IMG/VR virus record: IMGVR_UViG_3300037141_000177
Coordinates: 1 to 64,000 of that record
DNA: 64,000 bases
Origin: a virus
Direction: 5' to 3' (one strand)
Below the pieces are notes generated by a model, which was not told where the DNA came from, made no database searches, and saw only the letters and a program-made list of their open reading frames with translations. Both the position numbers and the translations under genes were made by a program. Numbering within the stretch: the first letter of the stretch is position 1; the number at the start of each line of letters is the position of its first letter. This document shows positions 19,480 through 28,528 of the stretch, in pieces.

Positions 19480-19971
19480 ATGCTTTCGTTTCTAGTTGCC
19501 CATTGGGGCCTGTTGCTGGGCGGTGGCGGGGTTCTCGCCGCTGTGGTGGGCCTGTGCGTGCTGGTCGGTCCTGCGGTGCTGCTGGCGCGCTGGCGGCTCG
19601 TCTTAGGCGGCGCAGTGGTGCTCGTGGCCGGGGCGACAGTCGTGTATCTGTGGCTCGCGCTCGAGGCGACGACCGCGAAGCTCATCGTCGCGCAGGCGAA
19701 CTACGCCACGGTCACCGGGCAGAACGTCACCCTTAACGCCGATAACAAGAACCTGGCGGCGCAGACCCTCTTGCAGAGCAAGTCGATCCAGCTTGTCGCC
19801 GATGGTGCGCGGGAGGCCAAAACTGCGGCCGACGCTGCGCTGGCCACCGCCGTCGCGCAGCAGTCCGTCGACCAGTCCAGCATCGTCGCGCTGCAGGCAC
19901 GCATGAAGGATCCCAAAACCAACGCGGGGAGCTGTGATGACGAGATCGCTCGTATTCGGTCCACTTTGTAG
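19480..19971 (+). CDS. i-spanin (Rz-like)
   Basis: N-terminal TM segments plus coiled coil with C-terminal Cys; follows endolysin. Confidence 0.75.
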   Translation: MLSFLVAHWGLLLGGGGVLAAVVGLCVLVGPAVLLARWRLVLGGAVVLVAGATVVYLWLALEATTAKLIVAQANYATVTGQNVTLNADNKNLAAQTLLQSKSIQLVADGAREAKTAADAALATAVAQQSVDQSSIVALQARMKDPKTNAGSCDDEIARIRSTL

Positions 19972-20287
19972 CCTGTTTCTCTTATTGCTAGTGGCGTGCG
20001 GGACAGTGCCGACGGCTCCGCCGTTAATGGATACGCAAACCGTCGAAGTGAAGGTTGCGGTGCCGGTGCCTTGTATTGATTCAATCCCGCCGGGTCCGCC
20101 GGTTCTCTCGGACAAGCAGTTAATGTCGGGGAGCGGGGCGCAAGTGGTCGACAAGCTTTGGATTGATCATTTGCAGGGCAAGGATTACACCGCGCGACTG
20201 GTGGCGGTGTTGCTCGCCTGTATCCGGCCTGTCACTGCGGCTCAAAATTTGGGCGGTTCGATAATTCCTTTTACCCTCCCTGAGTAA
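19937..20287 (+). CDS. o-spanin (Rz1-like lipoprotein)
   Basis: Lipobox LVAC, Pro-rich VPVPC, overlaps the i-spanin end. Confidence 0.8.
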   Translation: MTRSLVFGPLCSLFLLLLVACGTVPTAPPLMDTQTVEVKVAVPVPCIDSIPPGPPVLSDKQLMSGSGAQVVDKLWIDHLQGKDYTARLVAVLLACIRPVTAAQNLGGSIIPFTLPE

Positions 20288-20439
20288 ACCCCTAATTCGG
20301 CACAGAATGCCGAGCGTCATCAAGCGATATTACGAAAAAATAAATAGCGCAGCGAAGTCAGGCAGAGTAGGGTGCGGTGGCGTCCCGCGATAAGTGCGCC
20401 AATCTGGCATGCACCTACCGGGACTAAAACAGGACTTCA

Positions 20440-20793
20440 ATGTCGACATATCAAGAGCTAATCGCGCAATCGAACGAGTTACTTCGTCAGGCCAATGAAA
20501 TGATTGCAGTGGCGCGAAACGAGGGCATTCAGAGGGCGCTCTTGATCATTAACGAGTTCGAGCTCAACGCTTACGATCTTGGTCTGGTGCCCACTCAGTC
20601 TATCAAGGGCAGTAAAGCGCGAGCCGGTGAAAAGACTTTTGTGGCGAAGCTGCCGCACCCGCCAGTTCCGCCTAAATATCGCGACGAGGCGACAGGCAAG
20701 ACGTGGAGCGGCCGTGGCCATGCGCCACTTTGGCTCGTCGGCGACCGCGATGATTTTCTAATTGAGCCTGCGCGCGAATTGCACGCGGCCTGA
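20440..20793 (+). CDS. hns: H-NS family protein
   Basis: N-terminal coiled coil; PKYRD..TGKTWSGRG.AP.W DNA-binding motif. Confidence 0.9.
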   Translation: MSTYQELIAQSNELLRQANEMIAVARNEGIQRALLIINEFELNAYDLGLVPTQSIKGSKARAGEKTFVAKLPHPPVPPKYRDEATGKTWSGRGHAPLWLVGDRDDFLIEPARELHAA

Positions 20794-20810
20794 TCGTGCG
20801 GCCGGTCGGC

Positions 20811-21020
20811 TTATAACTGACCGGCTTCTAAATCGCTGCGTATCTGCTTTGCCATCATCTCCAACATGTCGGGCAGCTTCAGCTGCGTCGCAAAGTCTGC
20901 TTGCACAGAGAAGCCGGAGCCGATTTCCCCGCCCAAAATAATCACGAGCGCGCCGTCGGCTTTCGCCATCTCGCGCGCTGCCGTGCAGATGTAATCGTAT
21001 TTACCTGCGCCGAGAGCCAT
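20811..21020 (-). CDS. Hypothetical protein
   Basis: 69 aa ORF in the leftward operon. Confidence 0.65.
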   Translation of the reverse strand: MALGAGKYDYICTAAREMAKADGALVIILGGEIGSGFSVQADFATQLKLPDMLEMMAKQIRSDLEAGQL

Positions 21021-21053
21021 AATTTTCTCTTTAAATGGTAATGAGTGAAATCG

Positions 21054-21614
21054 TTAGGCTGCGGCGTTCGTCATGGACAGACGGCCTATCGTTCGAATGT
21101 CTATCGGCGCGAGTGCGCCAGGTTCTGCACGCCGTGGATTCTCTAGAATCGGGCAGGTTCCTATCGCCGAGTAACCGGTCGTGTGGAGCGCCACGAGAAT
21201 GACCTCTTTACGCCCGGGGAAATGCTCGATGCTCTTGTGTTTGTCGTATAGCGCTTCGACATCCTTAATGGGCTTCGGGGCTGCGGCTATCCACGCCTCG
21301 GCGATCTGCACGACGATATCGGGCATCGCTGCGCCGGCCTCTTGCAAACCGATGCGTATGGGTGAGCCGGGGGTGGTGAGTAGCTTGATGACTTCACTGA
21401 GCATGTCCTTGCCGTCATCGCCGTTTTGGTAAAACTGAACGACCGACCCGGGGTGAACGGGATTGAACTCTTTGATCGACCCCGGCTCGTCGTCGAGCGT
21501 GATGCAAAAGAGCATCGGCTGCGCTTCGCCATCCTCGTTGAACGCCTTGACTGCCATCTCGCTAAACTGTTTAAACACAGATTCGAAATCTGCCCGGGTA
21601 ATAGCGCGTCCCAT
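21054..21614 (-). CDS. Hypothetical protein
   Basis: 186 aa, SD AAGGAG. Confidence 0.75.
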   Translation of the reverse strand: MGRAITRADFESVFKQFSEMAVKAFNEDGEAQPMLFCITLDDEPGSIKEFNPVHPGSVVQFYQNGDDGKDMLSEVIKLLTTPGSPIRIGLQEAGAAMPDIVVQIAEAWIAAAPKPIKDVEALYDKHKSIEHFPGRKEVILVALHTTGYSAIGTCPILENPRRAEPGALAPIDIRTIGRLSMTNAAA

Positions 21615-21812
21615 TTACTGCTCCTTTTCGACTCGATCCAGTTTCCCTGCGGCTACCCCGAGCATGAAGCAGGCGATCGGCACGCGGTCGATCAACGATT
21701 TTAGGTATCGCGATTCCTCCTGATTGGGGTCGGAGAGCAGTTCACGCTGCAGGACGATTTCCAAGGACGAGAGCATGTTTGCTGCCGCGCGCGATAGTTC
21801 GAGATTGGTCAT
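21615..21812 (-). CDS. Hypothetical protein
   Basis: Tightly packed ORF, SD GAGG. Confidence 0.55.
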   Translation of the reverse strand: MTNLELSRAAANMLSSLEIVLQRELLSDPNQEESRYLKSLIDRVPIACFMLGVAAGKLDRVEKEQ

Positions 21813-21817
21813 GATGC

Positions 21818-22048
21818 TTAGTTCCTCGGTGCGCCGCACGCCCACGATATGGGGTTGTGCTCGTCATCTGAAAATAGCTTGCCGTGAATGTGCGCGGTCG
21901 TGAGTCCGGCCGAGAAGGATTTGAAATGCCAGCCCTCGAGCATCTGCGGGCAGTCGCCGGTCAGCCTGCAATACACGTACACATCGGTGACGTCGGCGTG
22001 GCGCACATCGAAGCGAATCTCATCGTATGAAACGGAGCATGCGCCCAT
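21818..22048 (-). CDS. Hypothetical protein
   Basis: ORF in operon context. Confidence 0.55.
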   Translation of the reverse strand: MGACSVSYDEIRFDVRHADVTDVYVYCRLTGDCPQMLEGWHFKSFSAGLTTAHIHGKLFSDDEHNPISWACGAPRN

Positions 22049-22073
22049 TAATGTGTTCCTCTGCCCATGTGAT

Positions 22074-22520
22074 TTACTCCGCCGCGGCGATCAGATACTT
22101 CTCGCGCTTTTTACCCACCAGCCAAGCCGGAGTATGGCCCATGCCGCTCCAAGTGGCGCCCGTTTTGGGGTCGAGGTACTTGGCTGGCCTGGTGCCCTTG
22201 GTCTTGGCTTTGGGTGCCACTGCTTCGCCGTCAGCCGCCAGACTGGCCGACTCCGAGCCGTTCAGCGCCGGAGCGTCTGTGGGTGCATCGTGCCCTGCGC
22301 CATTCGGCGCCAGGCCGTTCGTTACGATCGGTGCCCCCTGTCTCTTTTTGTACTGCTTCTTGGGCTTCGCAGGCTCGGCGAGGTCCGCCAGCGTCAGCCC
22401 GCGCTCGAGCATGAGCTGCTTCACCTCGTTGACGGATTCTGCGCGCACGCGGGCACGTTCAGCCTCAACTTTGGCGGTCAGTTTATCTAGTTGTTCTTGC
22501 AGTTCTGCGAGCGTTGCCAT
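22074..22520 (-). CDS. hns: Second H-NS family protein
   Basis: MATLAELQEQL coiled coil, GLTLADL, AKYLDPKTGATWSGMGHTPAW; SD GGAG. Confidence 0.88.
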   Translation of the reverse strand: MATLAELQEQLDKLTAKVEAERARVRAESVNEVKQLMLERGLTLADLAEPAKPKKQYKKRQGAPIVTNGLAPNGAGHDAPTDAPALNGSESASLAADGEAVAPKAKTKGTRPAKYLDPKTGATWSGMGHTPAWLVGKKREKYLIAAAE

Positions 22521-22570
22521 GTAAGTCTCCGGTGGTTGTCGGTACAGCGTGGGTGAAACGATTAAGTGCC

Positions 22571-22849
22571 TTAGTGCGGAGTTTTTCTGACGACGAAACG
22601 CCAAGCCGCTTTGAAGCGCCGGACCTTCGGATCCTGCTCGAGTTCGTACCGCTCGGTGTCGGTGGGCAGGCGCAGACATTTTTCGTACAGGTCGTATATC
22701 GACAATTGCCCACAGCCGATGCACAGGGAAGCATCGCCGTGCTTCGGAATGCCGCCTTCGAAGTCCGAGTGCTGGTCGAGTCGTTTCCCGCAGTGAATGC
22801 ACGTCGTATCCAGCGTGCTGGGGCGCTTGTCGCCGAATTTCAATCTCAT
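22571..22849 (-). CDS. Zn-ribbon hypothetical protein
   Basis: CIHC...CIGC. Confidence 0.65.
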   Translation of the reverse strand: MRLKFGDKRPSTLDTTCIHCGKRLDQHSDFEGGIPKHGDASLCIGCGQLSIYDLYEKCLRLPTDTERYELEQDPKVRRFKAAWRFVVRKTPH

Positions 22850-24099
22850 GCCGCTCGTTGACCTTCACCTAGCCATTTGTCGAGTGCAACACGGGCGGCG
22901 GACATGGAGCCGAGGAGCGGTTCGAACTTGATGTGGGCGGACTTCAATCTATTCCGTACCTCATGCGAGACGTACTCGCCCATCAACAGCACCATGTCGC
23001 ACTTCTCGACACGTCCGTAGCCGCCCTTGGGTCCGCTGCCGTCCTGGTCGCCACCGAATACAAATTCGATCCGGCCGGCGTAGTCCCGCTCGAGCTGCTT
23101 ATCCTGCTGGTGGACCAATCCGAACACGCCCACGAGAGGTTTGCGGTCCCGTGGAGGCGCGGACACTGACTTGAGGGTGGGCCGGGCCGCTGGCACGAGT
23201 GACTCCACGGAGCCCGATATCTCCTCGCGCAGTGCATCCACGAGCGGACGAGCGATAGCTTTGACCAGCTTGCGCGCGATCAGGCCAAGCAGTTCCTCGA
23301 TCGTCACGCGTTCGCGAAACTCTGAGAGGGCTTCCGTGCGTGCCTCGTATGCGGCGAGATCCGCCAGTTCGATCGCTGTTTTCTCCAACTCCTCGCGCTC
23401 GTGGACATGATTGAGCTGTGCCGTCTGCTCAGCGGCCACCTCGTTGCGGTGCCGCTCTTGTGCCTCGCGTTCGAGGACCACCTCATTCGCCACCTCGACC
23501 AGCAAAGGCTCAAGCCACGGCTTCTCTGTGGCGTAGCCGGCGAATTTCCGTTGACGGTTATCTGGCAAGTTGTATTGCATGGAACGCCGCACGCATTCGC
23601 TTTTCGCCAAGTCAGGGAAATCGTTTTGCAGCTTGAGAAAACCTTTCGCGATCGTGCGCCGCTCGGCATCGTTCCAGCGAACCAGCTTGGCACCTTTCGC
23701 CATGCCCCGGTGTTTCTTGGGGGTGGGCGCGTCAGTTACTGGCGCGTCGGTCACTATCTGGGTTTCAACTTCTGTTTCAGCGACGGGAGCTGATTCGGCT
23801 GTGGCAGATTCTTGCGGCATAGGCGTCTCCGCGACGTGTGCGTTTATTCGATCCCGTTCTTCGGCGATGGCTTCCCACAGTGGAATAACCCACTGGCTAT
23901 GTGCCATATCCTTTATTTCCTTGCGCTGGCCTGCTGGCAGCATCAGCACGGCTTTGCGCAGGGCGTCGACGCGCGACAGACTATTATTCTCGTGCATCAA
24001 GCGCAGCGATTCCCGCGCCATTAATTCTTTTTCCGCTGCTGACCATCGAATATCTTTCTTAGTCGTGCTGCTGTTCTTACGTGCGTAGGGGTGCGCCAT
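22846..24099 (-). CDS. Hypothetical protein with two N-terminal helical repeats and DUF2325-like C-terminus
   Basis: RWSAAE.../RWNDAE... repeats; CDMVLLMGEYVSH. Confidence 0.7.
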   Translation of the reverse strand: MAHPYARKNSSTTKKDIRWSAAEKELMARESLRLMHENNSLSRVDALRKAVLMLPAGQRKEIKDMAHSQWVIPLWEAIAEERDRINAHVAETPMPQESATAESAPVAETEVETQIVTDAPVTDAPTPKKHRGMAKGAKLVRWNDAERRTIAKGFLKLQNDFPDLAKSECVRRSMQYNLPDNRQRKFAGYATEKPWLEPLLVEVANEVVLEREAQERHRNEVAAEQTAQLNHVHEREELEKTAIELADLAAYEARTEALSEFRERVTIEELLGLIARKLVKAIARPLVDALREEISGSVESLVPAARPTLKSVSAPPRDRKPLVGVFGLVHQQDKQLERDYAGRIEFVFGGDQDGSGPKGGYGRVEKCDMVLLMGEYVSHEVRNRLKSAHIKFEPLLGSMSAARVALDKWLGEGQRAA

Positions 24100-24198
24100 T
24101 TTCGTCTGCCTTAAAGGTCTTTCAATCCCTCATTAATAGCTGAATTGACATAATAAAAGTTATCAACCGGAAATTTTGGGGGCTTCCAGCCTCGTCGG

Positions 24199-24870
24199 TC
24201 ATGCGTGGCGAGCCTTGCCGCCTTCCCATATCGCGACAAAATCTGGCGAGCCATTCAGCGCCCTCGAGTACAGCCAACTCGGGTAATCAAGCGCCGGTTT
24301 TTTGCTCCATATCTCTTTGCCGCGATGGACCTGCGTGTTTCCAACGAACATATATTGCTCGCAGTTTTTAAGGACGTCCGACTCGTCCACGCCGAACTCG
24401 TTTCCACCGGCTTCGTGTCGGCGCTGGTCGTACTTGTGGGTCACCCATGCGGCCACGACGACCGCAGGCTTGTACTTGCGCACGGCATCCCGCGCTGACA
24501 GCTTCTCGACGTTCTCACCATACTTCACCGTCGCTTGGTCGATAGCGCCATAGTAGGCGCGCACCAGATCGGTGTCCTGCATCCGGTTGTCTGTCGCGCG
24601 AATGCCCAACGCTGCAGCGATCACGCCGTTACCTGCGCCTATCTCAATCGCATCACGGTCCCCGATCGCTTCTTTAAGAAACTCAATCAATTCGATTGTG
24701 GGTAAGCAATAGACGCCGTGCCGCACGCAGAAAACGCTTCGTTCCTTTGCGCTAACGCCTGCGTAGTACGCCGCTGGCATGACTTTCACTTGCCCATCGT
24801 CGCCAAGCACGTCGGGTGCGATGTCGCGAACGCCTGTCGGGTCTATCGTATGGATGCCAGTTTGGGTCAT
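24199..24870 (-). CDS. Class I SAM-dependent methyltransferase-like protein
   Basis: AIEIGAGNG motif I. Confidence 0.6.
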   Translation of the reverse strand: MTQTGIHTIDPTGVRDIAPDVLGDDGQVKVMPAAYYAGVSAKERSVFCVRHGVYCLPTIELIEFLKEAIGDRDAIEIGAGNGVIAAALGIRATDNRMQDTDLVRAYYGAIDQATVKYGENVEKLSARDAVRKYKPAVVVAAWVTHKYDQRRHEAGGNEFGVDESDVLKNCEQYMFVGNTQVHRGKEIWSKKPALDYPSWLYSRALNGSPDFVAIWEGGKARHA

Positions 24871-24885
24871 GTTAGATAGAAGTTA

Positions 24886-25077
24886 TCAACGGGAGATCGC
24901 GTCAGGGGTTTGCACGAAAATCTCGCCATATTTGAGGTGCTGATAGAGGCCGAAATATTCGCCGCGGTGTTTTCCGATCAGTTCGATTTCAGTGCCTGGG
25001 GGCAGCGTCACTTCGGTGTCGTGCATAGCCAGATACACCACGTACGGCTCCGTCAATTGCGCGTGCCCCATGTTCAC
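24886..25077 (-). CDS. Hypothetical protein
   Basis: Coupled small ORF. Confidence 0.5.
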   Translation of the reverse strand: MNMGHAQLTEPYVVYLAMHDTEVTLPPGTEIELIGKHRGEYFGLYQHLKYGEIFVQTPDAISR

Positions 25078-25394
25078 TCCGTTTTCGATAGTAAACGCTC
25101 GTCGCCAAGTAGCTTCAAAAGCACAGTGCGCGTAACGTTGAAGTGGTTGCTCGCTGGATTCGTCTGCACGATCGCGCGGTAGACTTCCTTGCGCTTTTCG
25201 CGCTCAGCTTCGACAAAGTGAAGTGCTTCAGCGAAGCCTCGCTTAAAAGCCGCGTCCACGGCCAGCAGATGCTCGTCGGGTTCGGCCAGTATCTCGCGCA
25301 GGTCGTCAGAACGCACAGGGATGCGCGTATTCATCCCCCACATTTCCAGTTCACCTTGTAGTCGTTCACGCGCTGTATTTGGCATAATTTTCAC
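25074..25394 (-). CDS. Hypothetical protein
   Basis: 4-bp overlaps with both neighbours. Confidence 0.6.
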   Translation of the reverse strand: MKIMPNTARERLQGELEMWGMNTRIPVRSDDLREILAEPDEHLLAVDAAFKRGFAEALHFVEAEREKRKEVYRAIVQTNPASNHFNVTRTVLLKLLGDERLLSKTE

Positions 25395-25618
25395 TTTCGA
25401 AGTTTTACTAGAATGCCGGTCACTACCGAGTGATAGCCGCCGTCGTCATCCCTTAGCACGGGCATCAAGCCGACGCAGCCGTCAAGAATGGCCTCGAATT
25501 TGAGCAGCAGTGATCTTCCGTTCTCCGATGCCAGGATGACCGTCCCTGAAACATTTCGGCCGTCGCACTCGATCTGGACCGCGTCGCCTGTGTGCAGAAT
25601 TTTTGCATCGTCACTCAT
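25391..25618 (-). CDS. Hypothetical protein
   Basis: Coupled small ORF. Confidence 0.6.
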   Translation of the reverse strand: MSDDAKILHTGDAVQIECDGRNVSGTVILASENGRSLLLKFEAILDGCVGLMPVLRDDDGGYHSVVTGILVKLRK

Positions 25619-25799
25619 GGTTTTCGCTGTCTCTCGGCTCGAGCGTCACACCGCCGTCCCATTCAAGGGCGACGGGAGCGCGACAGAGGCCGCAATTTGT
25701 GGATTCACCGTCGTGCGAGTCGTCGACGAAATGCGTATGGCCGCGATGCCCACAGGCCGCGCAACAGTAGACATACAAAACGTTGGCAACGGGTTTCAT
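25611..25799 (-). CDS. Small Cys-rich hypothetical protein
   Basis: CAAC...CGLC. Confidence 0.55.
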   Translation of the reverse strand: MKPVANVLYVYCCAACGHRGHTHFVDDSHDGESTNCGLCRAPVALEWDGGVTLEPRDSENHE

Positions 25800-25819
25800 C
25801 TTCTCTCGCCTGCTATCGA

Positions 25820-26056
25820 TTATTTAGGTATTTCTTGTGGTTCTGGCCCATGCCCGAGCAACCGACAAACCACGGCTTCGGCGATCTCATTTGCACCGCC
25901 GCGGGATCGCAGCCAGACATTGAGACTCGCGCGCGTCAGCGTTGCGATGTCGTGGTTGCCGACCTTGCCCTCGTATTCTGCGCGGACGTAGTACCCCGTC
26001 TCAGGAAGGTCTAAGCGTGTCGGGTCAACCTCTATTTTGTGCAGCGGTTCGGTCAT
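25820..26056 (-). CDS. Hypothetical protein
   Basis: ORF in operon context. Confidence 0.55.
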   Translation of the reverse strand: MTEPLHKIEVDPTRLDLPETGYYVRAEYEGKVGNHDIATLTRASLNVWLRSRGGANEIAEAVVCRLLGHGPEPQEIPK

Positions 26057-26057
26057 C

Positions 26058-26456
26058 TTAGTGCGCCAGTGGTTGCACAACGTTCACCGCCTGGCCGTGC
26101 ACCTGAAGTTCCTCGAGCCAGCATGTGCATGCCCTCAAACCGCCGACAAAGCCCAGCGCCTCTGCGACCATCCACACGGCATGTTCGTTTGGCACCCGGC
26201 CTTCCTTGCCGACGCTCATGCTCATATGTGCGCAGGTTCCCGCTGGGTGTCCCTTCTCGATGCTGTAGGTCACCATAAAATTGGTGGGTATGTGCACGGT
26301 CTGCGCTGTCATCTGGATCATGTGCGCGGCTTTGCCTGCCCGGTGCTTGATGGCTTCCATCAACACCTTCACATCCACGGGCCGTGCGCTCGCGCGCTCG
26401 CGGAGCTCGGTCAGCATCGCGATCTCGGCTGGGCCGATCATCAGTAGCGTGCTCAT
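26058..26456 (-). CDS. Hypothetical protein
   Basis: ATGA-coupled; YSIE...CAHMSMS...P motif. Confidence 0.65.
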   Translation of the reverse strand: MSTLLMIGPAEIAMLTELRERASARPVDVKVLMEAIKHRAGKAAHMIQMTAQTVHIPTNFMVTYSIEKGHPAGTCAHMSMSVGKEGRVPNEHAVWMVAEALGFVGGLRACTCWLEELQVHGQAVNVVQPLAH

Positions 26457-26710
26457 GGTGCGCCCGGTTTGATGGGGTTGCGTGCTATCCATGCCTGCGC
26501 GGCCATCTTCGCCGCCAAGCGGCGCGTGACGCCCTCCGGATCGGGCGATAAGCTGCCGCCGCAGCAGGCACACTGTCCGTTCAGATGATTCAAGCCCCCC
26601 ACGACCGCGCGCAGGCCACACTCCCAATGCAGCGGCGCATTCGAGATGGGGGCCAGCGGCTCTCCCGGCAGGATCGGTTCGTGACAGTGCTGGCAGGTCA
26701 CGGCGCTCAT
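26453..26710 (-). CDS. Cys/His-rich hypothetical protein
   Basis: CQHC...HWEC...CACC. Confidence 0.6.
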   Translation of the reverse strand: MSAVTCQHCHEPILPGEPLAPISNAPLHWECGLRAVVGGLNHLNGQCACCGGSLSPDPEGVTRRLAAKMAAQAWIARNPIKPGAP

Positions 26711-26940
26711 GGCCAGACCCTCATGAACGCGGCGGTGCGCCGGTACGTCTTGGCCGACGTGTCGTATTTCAGGTTGTCGGGCGCGATCGCGATATAGGCG
26801 TTCAGGTCGAGACTCGCCTGTTGCGTGGACAGCCCGAAATAGCCGCTGATCACGTCTCGATTGATGGTGCCGTACTGCGCCATCAGAAAGTCGATGAAGT
26901 GCAGGCGAAAGGTCTGGCCGAAGAGGTTGTTTCTCGTCAT
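26707..26940 (-). CDS. Stand-alone winged-HTH resembling the N-terminal domain of CapW-like WYL regulators
   Basis: RLHFIDFL...G.INR......FGLS.QQAS.DL..Y...AP.NL.YD.SAKTY. Confidence 0.7.
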   Translation of the reverse strand: MTRNNLFGQTFRLHFIDFLMAQYGTINRDVISGYFGLSTQQASLDLNAYIAIAPDNLKYDTSAKTYRRTAAFMRVWP

Positions 26941-27269
26941 GGCGCTTCGCCGCGGCGAATCCTGGCGTTGCACGCCTCTATTTCTACCACCAGTGCTTCG
27001 AGCCTGACGCGAACCCGATTCCACTCGCGCCAGTACCGACCCACCGTCCGGGTCAGAGAAGTCGCTGCCAAAAAACAACCGGCGAGGCAGATGCAGTCAA
27101 TTGCGAGAAGAAGCGTTTCGCCGCGGGCTGCGTTGAAGTGGGCGGCGAATAGATTCCACCCCACCATCACGTAACCACCGAACAAGGCGACCCACAGCTT
27201 CCAGTCCTTCAGCGTCGGCGGGAACCGCGGAAGCCGTTCAGGGACTGGAAATTGCGGCGGTGTGCTCAC
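26937..27269 (-). CDS. Membrane hypothetical protein
   Basis: Two TM segments; coupled. Confidence 0.55.
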   Translation of the reverse strand: MSTPPQFPVPERLPRFPPTLKDWKLWVALFGGYVMVGWNLFAAHFNAARGETLLLAIDCICLAGCFLAATSLTRTVGRYWREWNRVRVRLEALVVEIEACNARIRRGEAP

Positions 27270-27796
27270 GATGCCGGTTCGATCAGGACGGCGAGCTGTG
27301 ACGCGAGAATGGTGCACTCACTGCGAACGTAGTCGATATCGCGGTACGTCTCGGGGTTCCACAGCGAATCGGTTATATGCCCGCGCGCCGTCGGCACGAA
27401 CCCGATCTCGCGCATGGTCGCGTGCATGGCTGGCATTAGGTCGAACGCGTGGCCACAGTCGAAGCCGAACCAGTAGACGTCATCGGGCTCACCGGGTTCG
27501 GGAATGTGGCAGATGCCCTCGCCTGTCTCGGGGTTGAATCCCGGGTCGCACTTATCCGCGAAGGTTATCCCCCCGTGCACCGACACCGGAATTTCAGAGA
27601 AGTCGTGTATTCCGTAATGCGGGTGGCCGGAGCCAACGCCCACGTATCCGCACCAGCTTCCGGTTGTCTTGGCGCGATGGATCATGCACGGCAAGCCGGT
27701 AGCCGGGTCGGTCCACTGCACCTTGTCCGGCTCGCTGTTCCACGGGCCTTCGCCCCAAGTCGTTTTATCGAGAAACTTCCATTGCATCTCTTTCAT
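27266..27796 (-). CDS. Phage hypothetical protein
   Basis: WCGYVGV..HP, VHGGITF, WFGFDCGH motifs. Confidence 0.8.
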   Translation of the reverse strand: MKEMQWKFLDKTTWGEGPWNSEPDKVQWTDPATGLPCMIHRAKTTGSWCGYVGVGSGHPHYGIHDFSEIPVSVHGGITFADKCDPGFNPETGEGICHIPEPGEPDDVYWFGFDCGHAFDLMPAMHATMREIGFVPTARGHITDSLWNPETYRDIDYVRSECTILASQLAVLIEPAS

Positions 27797-27805
27797 GTCT
27801 TTACC

Positions 27806-28060
27806 TCACGAGTTTTTGACGTCTGCCGCCGCGGTGCCGATTAATGAACGTCGGTCTTCCGGGTGGGCATCGTGATAGATCTTGCACGCCCCGCAGAAGC
27901 GATGCCGCACGTCCTCGGTGTGATAGGAGGTGCGGTTGCACTGCGGACACGTAATGGTCCAGCCGTACTCGAATGTTTCGGGGGTCATCAGAAGTTGACG
28001 TATTCGGTGGTCGGGTCGCCATTCACCCGCCGGCGTCCGGTATCCGGATGGGCTTCGCAT
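27806..28060 (-). CDS. Zn-finger hypothetical protein
   Basis: CPQC...CGAC. Confidence 0.6.
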   Translation of the reverse strand: MRSPSGYRTPAGEWRPDHRIRQLLMTPETFEYGWTITCPQCNRTSYHTEDVRHRFCGACKIYHDAHPEDRRSLIGTAAADVKNS

Positions 28061-28150
28061 ACTTTCTGCGCCCTTTCAGTTTCGAGCCGCTCTCTGTCCA
28101 ATACGATCAAATTCGTCTCCTTTTCGGGCCTCGACGCATCAGTTCGCGTT

Positions 28151-28165
28151 TTGCGGTCTGCGCAA
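28151..28165. promoter_or_regulatory. Candidate repressor operator
   Basis: TTGCGGTCTGCGCAA, intergenic, upstream of leftward genes. Confidence 0.5.
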
Positions 28166-28272
28166 TAGTCAGACAGAGTAACCCTATATTCGTACGGGCG
28201 GTTTAATAATGGTTTAAGCGGTGCCCTGCTCCACTATCTTTTCGCAGCGTTTCATCGCCTCGACTTCGGGCG

Positions 28273-28512
28273 TCATTTCACTTGGCCTTTCAGGAGGAAT
28301 GGTTGGAGGAGCGCGCACGCCTGCGCGTAGAGCTCGGCTTCCCCTTCCGAGGTAAGCCAGACCAGATCGTTGCCGATCTCGTGCACGCTCAATTCGACGC
28401 CGTCCTGGTCGAAGCCTCGGGCGCGGCCGAGCGTCGCCATTGTCGCCACGAGCTGGGCGCGACCTTGAACCACTGTGTAGCTTCCGTCCTCGCTTCTGTG
28501 CACGACAATCAT
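28273..28512 (-). CDS. Hypothetical protein
   Basis: ATG with SD GGGAG. Confidence 0.55.
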   Translation of the reverse strand: MIVVHRSEDGSYTVVQGRAQLVATMATLGRARGFDQDGVELSVHEIGNDLVWLTSEGEAELYAQACALLQPFLLKGQVK

Positions 28513-28528
28513 GGCTTTCTCCCTGCTT

